Source: Planctomycetota bacterium | GTDB lineage: Bacteria > Planctomycetota > PLA2 > JAEUHO01 | DNA: 64,000 bases | NCBI GenBank assembly: GCA_965222115.1 | Contig: CBDCTJ010000003.1 | Location: 416,001-480,000, forward strand | Reading direction: 5' to 3' | In this document: positions 1 through 9,295 of the stretch, piece after piece | Layout: the number at the start of each line of letters is the position of its first letter | How positions within the stretch are numbered: the first letter of the stretch is position 1 | The notes under the pieces: model-generated | What the model saw: the letters and a program-made list of their open reading frames with translations, nothing else | Database searches by the model: none | Told to the model about the DNA's origin: nothing | Position numbers and translations under genes: made by a program

Positions 1-1
1 C

Positions 2-1918
2 GTGGACGCGCTCCTCGATGGCAGCGCCGACGATCCGTTGGACAAGTTGCCGCGCGACATGGGCCCGTACCGGCTCCTCAGGCGACTCGGTCGGGGCGCG
101 ATGGGCGTGGTGTATGAAGCGGTTCACCGCGACCTGGGTCGTCGCGCGGCGATCAAGCAGTTGTTCTTTCCTCAGGACGACGTTTTGCGCGGGCGTTTTC
201 GTCGCGAAGCGCGAGCATGCGCGAGCATTCGTCATGACCACATCGTAGAGATCTTTGAAACCGGCGAGGCCGACGGACAGCTCTTCTACGCGATGGAGTT
301 TGTCGAGGGACGCAGTCTTGCGGATGCCATCAAGTCGGTGAAAGACATCAAAGACCCCAAGGTGGTGGCCACGCAGTTCGCCAATGTCTCCGACGCGCTC
401 CATGAATTGCACCTGGCCGAGATCGTTCACCGCGACATCAAACCGTCCAACCTGATTTACGACAGCAGGGGCCGCTTGATCTTGGCCGACTTCGGTCTCG
501 CAAGCACGGCTGAATCCGACGCGTTGACTGCGACCGGCGAAGCACTTGGCACGCCGTTGTACATGAGCCCGGAGCAGATTCTGGCATCCCACGACGAACT
601 TGACGGGCGCTGCGACATCTATGGTTTGGGCGTCACGTTGTTTGAAACGCTCACGGGTCGGCCGCCGTTTCAACCCGATAATATCCGCGCGCTCATCAAG
701 CTTATCTCAAGCGAAAAGCCCCCCTCGCCACGTTCGATCAATCCAGACGTGCCGGAGCCCCTTGAGCGCATCATCTTGAAATGTATGGAGAAGGAACCCA
801 AAGACCGCTATGCAACCGCCGCCGATCTCGCAAGCGACTTACGTGCCTATGTAGCAGACGAGACGGTAGAGGGTCGGCCGGTCACAGTGTGGCAGCACCG
901 CTGGCGAGGGATTCGCAAACATCCCTGGTTGGCGGCGGCGTCCCTGCTCGCTGTGGCCGGCCTGTCGGCGCTCTTGATTACCAAGCCATGGGCTGAAACC
1001 ACCGCCCTGCTCAACATCGCCAGCGTAAAGGGCGCCACCGTTAGCGTGAATGCCTCCGACTTTCAGGCCGTGCCCTACGAGGCGCGCATCGAACCGGGCG
1101 AAGTCAAGCTCGTACTCAAACTGGATGGCCACGACGACCTCAAGATCAAACCGTTCCCAGTAGAGGCAGGTGATAAGCACAAGTTGCAGTTCCTGGGCTT
1201 TTCCGTGCGGCGAGGTGCGTCACTCAAGGATCTGGACAAGATGGCCAAGGTCCATGGGTGGGACTCAGGACTTAAGATCGACACGCGGCGCGTGCTCGCA
1301 CGTAGTCGCAGCGGCAGTAGCTACAAGGTGGCGCTGCTCTATCCCGTGGGCAATGTGCGCTCCATGGATATGAAGCACCTGCACGCGCAAATGGGCGACG
1401 ACTACTTTGAAGAAGGGTCCATCCAAGTTCGCCGTGGCGGCGATGTACTATTCACCAGTGGTGAAGTCGAGAACATCAAGTGGAACGGCGTATTGCCCGA
1501 CAACGTGATCGCCAAACTCAAAGCAGGTGATGAACTGACGTGGGGCTTCTACCCCGATGAGGGCGATCCCATTGTGACAACATGCCGTGTCGTCGAGCCC
1601 GATATCACCGAAGTGATGGCGCGACTCGACGCGTTCATCAATGACAAACGCGCGCCGCAACCGGCAGATGCCGCCGCCGTGTATCGCGCCAACGTACTCA
1701 TCAAGAACGGACTGCTGAGCGGAGCACTGCGCGTCCTTGAAGATGCTCGCACGCAGGGCGTCACCTCGAGCCCGCTGGTTGCCACCGCGCTCAAGGTGCT
1801 GGAAACGATGCAGGGCGATGCGTTTCAGGGTCTTGAGGGGACCTCGCTGGTATTCGACCTCAAAGAGGCGCTAACCAAGCTCACGTCGGAACCGATGGAC
1901 GAAGAACCGTCGAAGTAG
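2..1918 (+). CDS. Hanks-type Ser/Thr protein kinase with TM helix and PEGA-like extracytoplasmic region (5'-truncated by window edge)
   Basis: LGRGAMGVVY, AAIK, HRDIKPSN, DFG and GTPLYMSPEQ kinase motifs; hydrophobic LAAASLLAVAGLSALLI segment follows. Confidence 0.93.
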   Translation: MDALLDGSADDPLDKLPRDMGPYRLLRRLGRGAMGVVYEAVHRDLGRRAAIKQLFFPQDDVLRGRFRREARACASIRHDHIVEIFETGEADGQLFYAMEFVEGRSLADAIKSVKDIKDPKVVATQFANVSDALHELHLAEIVHRDIKPSNLIYDSRGRLILADFGLASTAESDALTATGEALGTPLYMSPEQILASHDELDGRCDIYGLGVTLFETLTGRPPFQPDNIRALIKLISSEKPPSPRSINPDVPEPLERIILKCMEKEPKDRYATAADLASDLRAYVADETVEGRPVTVWQHRWRGIRKHPWLAAASLLAVAGLSALLITKPWAETTALLNIASVKGATVSVNASDFQAVPYEARIEPGEVKLVLKLDGHDDLKIKPFPVEAGDKHKLQFLGFSVRRGASLKDLDKMAKVHGWDSGLKIDTRRVLARSRSGSSYKVALLYPVGNVRSMDMKHLHAQMGDDYFEEGSIQVRRGGDVLFTSGEVENIKWNGVLPDNVIAKLKAGDELTWGFYPDEGDPIVTTCRVVEPDITEVMARLDAFINDKRAPQPADAAAVYRANVLIKNGLLSGALRVLEDARTQGVTSSPLVATALKVLETMQGDAFQGLEGTSLVFDLKEALTKLTSEPMDEEPSK

Positions 1919-1934
1919 CTTCGCGCGTCGCCCA

Positions 1935-2474
1935 CTACTTGCGCGTGAGCAACATGTGCATGCGCCGGCCTTCCATGCGAGGCGGCTGCTCGACTTTGGC
2001 GATGTCTTCGAGCCGTTTGGCAACTTCATTGCAGTGCTTGATGCCCAACTCTTGGTGGGCCATTTCGCGGCCGCGGAAGAGAATCATGAGTTGCACCTTG
2101 TCGCCACGCTCCAAGAACTCGCGCGCCTTTTTGACGCGGATCTCGAGCATATGCGGGTCGGTTTTGGGACGCAGACGTACCGTCTTGAGCTGAACACGAT
2201 GTTGTTTGGCGCGACTTTCGCGAGCCTTTTTGTTCTGCTCGTACTTGAACTTTCCAAAGTCCATGATCTTGCAAACGGGCGGGCTTGAGCGCGCATTCAC
2301 TTCTACAAGATCGAGCCCGGCATCGCGGGCCATTCGCTTCGCTTCGTCCGTGGGGACGACGCCAATGTTCTGATCGTTTTGATCAATCAACCGTACTTGG
2401 CGTATGCGAATGCGATCGTTTACTCGCGGCCCACTGTCACGGGGCATCGAGCGGTCATAATTCCGATATCGAAT
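1935..2474 (-). CDS. infC: Translation initiation factor IF-3
   Basis: RVNDRIR..VRLID, GLDLVEV, PPVCKIMDFGKFKYE and FRGRE motifs; in-frame ATT at 2474 lies 8 nt downstream of AGGAGG (2488-2483). Confidence 0.96.
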   Translation of the reverse strand: MRYRNYDRSMPRDSGPRVNDRIRIRQVRLIDQNDQNIGVVPTDEAKRMARDAGLDLVEVNARSSPPVCKIMDFGKFKYEQNKKARESRAKQHRVQLKTVRLRPKTDPHMLEIRVKKAREFLERGDKVQLMILFRGREMAHQELGIKHCNEVAKRLEDIAKVEQPPRMEGRRMHMLLTRK

Positions 2475-2631
2475 CTGAAAATCCTCCTGGGATAAAATCG
2501 TGACTCGCAGCGGCACCTACCGCTGCGGCGCGGGCGACGACGTGCCGTCCGCGCCTCAAGTGTGCCATATCCGGGGCACGCGCGCACCCAGAACAGAGGG
2601 AAATCCGTATTCGTAGGGAAACGGAGCCGAT

Positions 2632-3402
2632 CTATCTCAATCCTGCGGGTCGTTCCGGTCCCTCGAGCGGCAAAAGGACTTGAAAGCGGCTGCCCTTGCC
2701 AACGTCGGAGTCGAGTGTGAGGGACCCGCCGTGCTCTTCGGCGATACGGCGCGCAGTGGGCAGTCCCAGCCCGCTGCCTTCGGTGCGACTGCTGAAATAC
2801 ACTTCAAAGATGCGCTCTCGATCACGCTCGGGAATGCCGGGACCGGTATCGATGATATCGATGCGTGCGCTGTCGGCCACCGCGGCCGTGCGCACAATGA
2901 GTTCGTGCGGTCCCTCGGATCGTTCGTGCTTCTCCATGGCCTGAATGGCATTGAGTATGAGATTGAGCAATGCCTGTTTGATGAGCCGTTCGTCTAGCTG
3001 CATCATAGGCAACTCGCGATCTGGATAGAACGTGAGCACTACGTGGGCCTTCTTGGTTTCGGGACGCACAAAGGCCGTAACCTCGTCCACGATGCGATTC
3101 AAATCCGCACGCGCGAGGTCGAGCCGGCGAATGCCCGCGTAGCGCAAGAAGTCATCGAGGATCGACTCCAGCCGGCCCACCTCACGACGAATGGAGCGCA
3201 CGCGACGCATGGTGCGGCGGGTACGATCGTCCCCATCCTCTTCGCCCTGCCAGTCTTCTTCGAGCAGTTGCAACGTGATGTTCATGGTGGAAAGCGGGTT
3301 ACGAATCTCATGCACAAGCCCGCCGGCCACGGCTCCGAGAAACTCCAGTCCTTTGGCGGTCGGGCCCGCAGCGCGGTCATTGGGGTCGATCGAGTTCGTC
3401 AT
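2632..3402 (-). CDS. Histidine kinase (HisKA + HATPase_c only, no sensor domain)
   Basis: HEIRNPL H-box, NLILNAIQA N-box, DTGPGI G1 and GSGLGL G2 boxes. Confidence 0.92.
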   Translation of the reverse strand: MTNSIDPNDRAAGPTAKGLEFLGAVAGGLVHEIRNPLSTMNITLQLLEEDWQGEEDGDDRTRRTMRRVRSIRREVGRLESILDDFLRYAGIRRLDLARADLNRIVDEVTAFVRPETKKAHVVLTFYPDRELPMMQLDERLIKQALLNLILNAIQAMEKHERSEGPHELIVRTAAVADSARIDIIDTGPGIPERDRERIFEVYFSSRTEGSGLGLPTARRIAEEHGGSLTLDSDVGKGSRFQVLLPLEGPERPAGLR

Positions 3403-3548
3403 CGCCGCGCTACCCTACCAGCCAGGATCATGTCGCACGGACGCGACACGCGTTCACTCGCATGTTCATCGGCGTATTCATGGGAATCTCGATTCGGTTG
3501 GATGCGAATGTCAACCAGCGTGCCGAGATTGGCGGTATTGTCTAGGCC

Positions 3549-4655
3549 GTGGCCACCGAAGTCCTCCGCGTCCTGGACCGCACCGCCGAAGCCGGTGAAC
3601 TTGAACATGTTGGTCGCATTTTGCGCCGCGGCGGGCTCGTCGCGTTCCCCACGGAAACAGTCTACGGGATCGCCGTTTCGGCGGAGATACCGGAATCGGT
3701 TAAGCGTCTATACGAACTCAAACAGCGCCCTGCCACAAAGGCGATGACGGTCATGGTCGCCGACGTTGCGCCGGTAAGAAAACGTTGCCCCAATCTTCCG
3801 CCCAAAGCGATTGAACTTATGCGCCGATTTTGGCCGGGCCCCCTCACCATTGTCTTGCCGGTTGAACATCCAGGTGGATCCCTGGAACACGCCGAAGGCA
3901 TGGTGGGATTTCGTTTGCCGAGTCACCCGTTGGCGCAAGGTCTAGTCAAAGCCGCGCGTGTTCCGCTCTTGGTTCCAAGCGCAAACCTGTCGGGGCAGCC
4001 TCCCGCAACTACCGCCGACGAAGTGCTCGAACAGTTCCCTGACGCGCTGGATGTTGTCATTGATGGCGGTCGCGTTACCGGCGGCGTGTCGAGCACCGTT
4101 GCCCAAGTCGAGGGTGAAACCGTCACGGTCTTGCGCGAGGGCGCGATTCCCGAATGGCGCATCAATCAACCGCGCTGGGCCAATGTGCTCTTCGTGTGCG
4201 CTGGCAATACGGATCGAAGTCCCCTCGCCGCCGCCATCCTTCGACGCGCACTCGCCGCGCGCCTTGGTTGCAGCGAAGCACAACTGGCCGAACGAGGGTT
4301 TAGCGTGGCGAGCGCCGGCATGAACGAGTCGGCCAAACTTGGCCACCGCGCTTCACGACGCACGCGTCATGTGGCCCGCAATGCCGTCTCGCCGCCACTG
4401 GATCTCGGTGATCATCGCGCGCAACCGCTCACTGAGAAGCTCGTTGAGTGGGCCACGCGTATCTTCTGTATGGAGAAGGCGCAGCAAGAACAGATTCTGG
4501 CGTTCTTCCCCCACCGCGTTCGCGACGTGTTGTTGCTCGACCCCGAAGGCCAAGACATTGCCGATCCCGCGGGCCAGAGCTACGCCACCTATCACACGCT
4601 CGTACGCCGACTTGAGGCCGCTGCCACACTTATCGCGGGGTCGCTCGTTTCGTAG
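3549..4655 (+). CDS. tsaC: L-threonylcarbamoyladenylate synthase (Sua5/YrdC) fused to a low-molecular-weight phosphatase domain
   Basis: VAFPTETVYG, KQRP, FWPGPLT and SANLSG YrdC motifs; C-terminal VLFVCAGNTDRS and DIADP LMW-PTP motifs. Confidence 0.9.
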   Translation: MATEVLRVLDRTAEAGELEHVGRILRRGGLVAFPTETVYGIAVSAEIPESVKRLYELKQRPATKAMTVMVADVAPVRKRCPNLPPKAIELMRRFWPGPLTIVLPVEHPGGSLEHAEGMVGFRLPSHPLAQGLVKAARVPLLVPSANLSGQPPATTADEVLEQFPDALDVVIDGGRVTGGVSSTVAQVEGETVTVLREGAIPEWRINQPRWANVLFVCAGNTDRSPLAAAILRRALAARLGCSEAQLAERGFSVASAGMNESAKLGHRASRRTRHVARNAVSPPLDLGDHRAQPLTEKLVEWATRIFCMEKAQQEQILAFFPHRVRDVLLLDPEGQDIADPAGQSYATYHTLVRRLEAAATLIAGSLVS

Positions 4656-4661
4656 ACATCT

Positions 4662-4751
4662 CGTAGACATCCCAGACGTAGACATCCCAGACGTAGACAT
4701 CCCAGACGTAGACATCCCAGTCGTAGACATCCCAGTCGTAGACATCCCAGA
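4662..4751. repeat. 15-bp tandem repeat CGTAGACATCCCAG(A/T) x6
   Basis: Six consecutive units read directly; a partial copy CGTAGACATC at 4651-4660 overlaps the upstream stop codon. Confidence 0.97.
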
Positions 4752-4805
4752 CAGAAGCTTGCCGTTGGATGCCTGCTGCGGGGTGACTATTGCTACACTT
4801 GACGC

Positions 4806-5282
4806 ATGAAAGTCACGCCTCTCAAAGTCGCATTGGCCTCCGATCACGCTGCCGTTGTGGAACGCCAGGCGCTCGCAAAGCACCTCAAAGCTGCCGGCCA
4901 CGAAGTGACCGACTTCGGACCCGACGACACCACGTCGGTTGACTATCCCGACTTCGCCGAACTCGTGGCCCACGCGGTTGCCGGCGAGGCGGTTGACTTT
5001 GGCGTTGTCCTTTGTACGACGGGCATTGGTGTGTGTATGGCTGCCAACAAAGTGGACGGGATACGCGCGGCCACGGTGAGCAATTCCTACACGGCGGAAA
5101 TGACGCGTCGCCACAACAATGCCAACGTCATCTGCATGGGCGCGGGCATTCATGCCACCGCAGCCATCATTCGCGCGGTTGATGTGTTTCTTGCGACATC
5201 GTTTGACGGCGGGCGCCATGCGCGTCGCGTCGAAAAGATCGACGCAATCCAACGTCGAGCGCCCGCGGCAAGCGACGCGTAG
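4806..5282 (+). CDS. rpiB: Ribose-5-phosphate isomerase B
   Basis: ASDHA, VDYPD, CTTGIGVCMAANKVDGIRAA, HNNANV and GGRHARRV motifs. Confidence 0.95.
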   Translation: MKVTPLKVALASDHAAVVERQALAKHLKAAGHEVTDFGPDDTTSVDYPDFAELVAHAVAGEAVDFGVVLCTTGIGVCMAANKVDGIRAATVSNSYTAEMTRRHNNANVICMGAGIHATAAIIRAVDVFLATSFDGGRHARRVEKIDAIQRRAPAASDA

Positions 5283-5296
5283 TAGAAACTCAAACC

Positions 5297-5977
5297 GTGT
5301 CTTCTATTGTTCGCGCACGATTCGAGTCCGAAGGTTGGTCCTACATTCGACCCGGTTCCGCACCGAACGCGCCGCTGCTTGTTGCGATTCACGGTTACGC
5401 GCAAGAACTGACCTCGTGGCTTGACTACGCGGTGTCGCTGGTGGATGAATCCTGGACGGTCTTGGTTCCCGCCGGTCCTTCGTCCTTCTATGTGCGCTCG
5501 AAAGCGGGCGCGGGCACCAATAAGCGGGGCGTGGCCTACGGATGGGTCGCCCACCGTGACCGCACCGCCACCGACCAACGGAACGCGGCGTTCATTGCTG
5601 CTGCTATGGGCGAAGTCGCCCGCACGACGGGCAAGGACGCCGACCGCGTATCCATGATTGGCTACAGTCAGGGTGTCGGTGTCGCGATGCACGCAGCACA
5701 GTCACTCGCTACGTCGCCCGTGGCGTTTGTTGGGCTCGCGGGCGGCGTACCCAAGGACGCACGCGCGGCGTGCGCAGCGCTCCGCGGTGTGCCCACGTTG
5801 TGGGTCAGCGGCACGAAGGACGCGTCGTATCCACCCGACTACATGCACGCGCTGGTGGACGATCTCGAATCTGCCGGCCTTGCGATCACCCATCACGCGA
5901 TTGAGACGGGCCACGACGTCTTGGAGCCGGCGCGATCTATGGCCAGGGAATGGCTTCTTAGCCCGGACTATTCATGA
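5297..5977 (+). CDS. Alpha/beta hydrolase (phospholipase/carboxylesterase-like)
   Basis: HGY oxyanion motif, GYSQG nucleophile elbow, G.KD and GH triad positions. Confidence 0.8.
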   Translation: MSSIVRARFESEGWSYIRPGSAPNAPLLVAIHGYAQELTSWLDYAVSLVDESWTVLVPAGPSSFYVRSKAGAGTNKRGVAYGWVAHRDRTATDQRNAAFIAAAMGEVARTTGKDADRVSMIGYSQGVGVAMHAAQSLATSPVAFVGLAGGVPKDARAACAALRGVPTLWVSGTKDASYPPDYMHALVDDLESAGLAITHHAIETGHDVLEPARSMAREWLLSPDYS

Positions 5978-6358
5978 AGCGCGCGTCGATGAGCCTCCAG
6001 GCTCGCGCCCGGCTGCCCTTTGCCGTCAAAACGCAGTACCGCTCCGCGCCACAGTTTGTTCTCGCGAAGGATTCGGATTCAAGGTCGAAGCGGTGGTTCT
6101 GAGGCGATGCCAAAAGCATCGTCGAACGGTTCTCCGCAAAGAGATTGGATTTGAAGACCAGCGAGAACCGCGCGATTCACTTCAATTCATGAATAGTCCG
6201 GGCTTGCCCACTTGGAAAGTAGGGCCAGCTACCTTCGGCGATAAGATCACCCCGCACATGACCGCGGCGTCGTCGCATCTGGGTGGCATTTGCCGCGTCC
6301 AACCGACGGGGATTCCTCACGGGGATCATTCGCTGGCGTCCGGTCAGGAAGGAGGCCC

Positions 6359-7555
6359 ATGCGAATCGCGGTTCCGAAAGAGACATACCCGGGCGAGTCG
6401 CGCGTTGCCGTGACGCCCGATGTCGTGAAACGGTTGGTGCGCGAGGGCCATTCGGTTGTCGTCGAGAGCGATGCGGGCGCGGCGGGTGGCTTCCTCGATG
6501 GTGCGTACGTCGATGCGGGCGCAACGATCGCGACGTCGCCTACGCAACTGGTTGAGAACGCCGATGTCATCGCACACATCCATCCGCCCAAGCCCCTTGA
6601 GATTGGGCGCATGCCCTTGGGGTCGCTCGTTGTGTCGTTCTTATGGCCCACGGCGAATGAAGCAATCGTGCAATCCCTTTGTGATCATCGCGTAAACGCG
6701 TTTGCGATGGATCGCGTGCCGCGCATCACCCGCGCGCAGTCCATGGATGCGCTCAGTTCCATGAGTACCATTGCGGGCTATCGCGCCGCGCTGATTGCCG
6801 CGCAACACTTGGGCAAGTTCTTTCCCATGTTGATGACCGCCGCAGGGACCATCCCTCCCGCGCGCGTCGTGGTGATTGGCGTGGGCGTTGCCGGACTCCA
6901 GGCCATCGCAACGTGTCGTCGTCTCGGAGCCATCGTCGAGGCATCCGACATTCGACAAGAAGCCTTGGAGCAAGCGCGCAGCCTGGGTGCAGAAACCATC
7001 GACGTTGAACTGGGCGAGAGCGGCGAAGGCGAAGGCGGCTACGCGCGCGAGTTGTCCAAAGAAGCACGCGAACGCCAAGCCGCAAAGCTCGCGGAACGCA
7101 TCCGTGTTGCCGACGCCGTGATTACAACGGCGCTCGTGCCGGGTCGCCCCGCGCCTCGGCTTGTCTCCACCGATGTCGTAGACTCCATGAAGCCCGGTTC
7201 TGTACTGATTGATCTCGCGGCAGAGGCGGGCGGAAACTGTGAGCTGACCGAAGCGGGGAAAGCGATCGAGCGGAATGGCGTAACGATCGTGGGGTTGGTC
7301 AATTTGCCCGCCACCATGGCTTCTGATGGCAGCCGCATGTATGCCAAGAACATCCAGGAGATTGTGCGCCACTTGACACCGCCCAAAGGCGAGGCCGACG
7401 AGTCACCGACAGGTGTGCACATCGATTTCGACGATGAAATCACAGCGGGTTCGATCTATGTCTACGACGGTAAGGTTCGGCGCGCGGACGCCGACAACAA
7501 GGAGCAAACGCCAGTGACGCGCAGTGAGACTGAGAGTGTGGGAGAGGGCGCATGA
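6359..7555 (+). CDS. pntAA: NAD(P) transhydrogenase subunit alpha part 1 (domain I)
   Basis: MRIAVPKE..GESRVA, PRITRAQSMDALSSM, GVGVAGLQA and GEGEGGYA motifs; GGAGG SD before ATG 6359. Confidence 0.96.
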   Translation: MRIAVPKETYPGESRVAVTPDVVKRLVREGHSVVVESDAGAAGGFLDGAYVDAGATIATSPTQLVENADVIAHIHPPKPLEIGRMPLGSLVVSFLWPTANEAIVQSLCDHRVNAFAMDRVPRITRAQSMDALSSMSTIAGYRAALIAAQHLGKFFPMLMTAAGTIPPARVVVIGVGVAGLQAIATCRRLGAIVEASDIRQEALEQARSLGAETIDVELGESGEGEGGYARELSKEARERQAAKLAERIRVADAVITTALVPGRPAPRLVSTDVVDSMKPGSVLIDLAAEAGGNCELTEAGKAIERNGVTIVGLVNLPATMASDGSRMYAKNIQEIVRHLTPPKGEADESPTGVHIDFDDEITAGSIYVYDGKVRRADADNKEQTPVTRSETESVGEGA

Positions 7556-7890
7556 CATTCACGATCGCGATTCTCGGCAGTGAACTGACCTACATCTTTA
7601 TCTTTGCGCTCGCGGCGCTACTTGGCTTTGAGATTATTACCAAAGTGCCTGCTACGCTCCACACGCCTTTGATGAGCGGCAGCAATGCCATCTCCGGCAT
7701 CATTTTGGTGGGTGCGATTGTGGTGGCCGGCATGACGCAGAGCACGTTCGGCACGATTTTGGGCGTACTGGGCGTGATACTCGCAACCATCAATGTGGTC
7801 GGCGGCTTTCTGGTCACCGACCGCATGCTCAAGATGTTTAAACAGAAGAAAGCGCCCAAGGCCGCGGGCAAGAAGGGCGGTGATGCGTGA
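7552..7890 (+). CDS. pntAB: NAD(P) transhydrogenase subunit alpha part 2 (membrane)
   Basis: KVPATLHTPLMSGSNAISG and NVVGGFLVTDRML motifs; ATGA overlap with pntAA. Confidence 0.96.
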   Translation: MTFTIAILGSELTYIFIFALAALLGFEIITKVPATLHTPLMSGSNAISGIILVGAIVVAGMTQSTFGTILGVLGVILATINVVGGFLVTDRMLKMFKQKKAPKAAGKKGGDA

Positions 7891-9293
7891 GCACCGCCCT
7901 TGTAGGAATCGTGTACCTGCTCTCCTGTGGCTGCTTCATCTTTGGGTTGAAGCGCTTGGCATCACCCAAAACGGCGCCTGCTGGAAATCTACTCGGCGCC
8001 TTTGGCATGGTGTTGGCCGTGGTCGCCACCATCGTGACGTGGAAGACCACGGGCGATGGCGAGCGTGTCACTCATAACCTCGGATGGATCTTGGCGGCGT
8101 TGGCCATTGGCGCCGTGATTGGCGTGCTGCTCGCCACGCGCATTCAGATGACCGCGATGCCTCAACTGGTGGCCGCCTTCAATGGTTTTGGTGGCATGGC
8201 GAGTTCGCTCGTCACGCTGGGCGCCATTGCGCATACGGATCCGAGTTCGCCGTTCAACGCTGTGATTGCCGCGATTGGCGTGTTGATCGGAGGCATTACG
8301 TTTTCGGGCTCTGCGATGGCCTTTGGCAAGCTGCAGGGGATCATCAATACCGCACCGGTTACGTTTTCCATGCAGCGGGTCGTGAATGCGGGGCTCATTG
8401 TGCTCGGCATCGTGTTTACGATTCTCTACGCCAACAACAATGGCGGCGCTGTGTGGCCGTGGTTGATTTTACCGGTCTCCTTGATCCTGGGCGTAACGTC
8501 CACACAACCCATTGGCGGGGCCGACATGCCGGTGGTTGTGGCGCTGCTCAATAGCTTTTCCGGTATCGCCGCGTCCATGGCGGGCATCGCCACGGGCAAT
8601 GAGATTCTCATTGTCGCCGGTGCACTGGTTGGCGCTTCGGGTTTGATCCTCACGCACATCATGTGCAAGGGCATGAATCGTTCCCTCGCCAACGTGCTGT
8701 TTGCGGCCTTTGGAACAGGCGATGACGGTGCGGGCGCGGCTGCAGGTGGCGGCGAAGCACGCACGGTGCGCAACTACACGCCGGAGGACGGGGCCATTTT
8801 GCTCGCCAATGCGCGTTCCGTGATTGTGGTTCCGGGGTACGGCCTCGCGGTGGCTCAGGCCCAACACACGATTCGCGAACTTGCCGACCTGCTCATCGAA
8901 CGTGGCGTAGACATGAAATACGCTATCCATCCGGTAGCGGGACGCATGCCGGGGCATATGAATGTGTTGCTGGCCGAGGCCAATGTCCCCTACGACCAAC
9001 TGCTGGATATCGATGAGGTTAACCCCCACTTCGAAAGCGCCGACGTCGCGTTGGTGGTGGGCGCCAATGACGTGGTGAACCCGGGAGCGCGCACGGACAC
9101 CAACTCCCCGATCTACGGCATGCCCATTTTGAACGCCGACAAGGCCCGAAACGTCATCATATTGAAAAGGAGTTTGGGAACTGGCTTTGCCGGGACGCAG
9201 AATGAACTCTTCTTCAACGACAAGACCATGATGCTCTTCGGCGATGCAAAGAAGACGCTGACGAGCCTCGTGCAAGAGGTAAAGGCGCTGTAG
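7887..9293 (+). CDS. pntB: NAD(P) transhydrogenase subunit beta
   Basis: MTAMPQLVAAFNGFGG, IGGADMPVV, VPGYGLAVAQAQH and HPVAGRMPGHMNVLLAEA motifs. Confidence 0.97.
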   Translation: MSTALVGIVYLLSCGCFIFGLKRLASPKTAPAGNLLGAFGMVLAVVATIVTWKTTGDGERVTHNLGWILAALAIGAVIGVLLATRIQMTAMPQLVAAFNGFGGMASSLVTLGAIAHTDPSSPFNAVIAAIGVLIGGITFSGSAMAFGKLQGIINTAPVTFSMQRVVNAGLIVLGIVFTILYANNNGGAVWPWLILPVSLILGVTSTQPIGGADMPVVVALLNSFSGIAASMAGIATGNEILIVAGALVGASGLILTHIMCKGMNRSLANVLFAAFGTGDDGAGAAAGGGEARTVRNYTPEDGAILLANARSVIVVPGYGLAVAQAQHTIRELADLLIERGVDMKYAIHPVAGRMPGHMNVLLAEANVPYDQLLDIDEVNPHFESADVALVVGANDVVNPGARTDTNSPIYGMPILNADKARNVIILKRSLGTGFAGTQNELFFNDKTMMLFGDAKKTLTSLVQEVKAL

Positions 9294-9295
9294 CC

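Noticed and set aside
4651-4751. CRISPR array
   Set aside because: The units are contiguous with no unique spacers, and no cas genes are in the window
5980-6355. Riboswitch in the long pntAA leader
   Set aside because: Some pairing potential, but no consensus of a known riboswitch class was recognised
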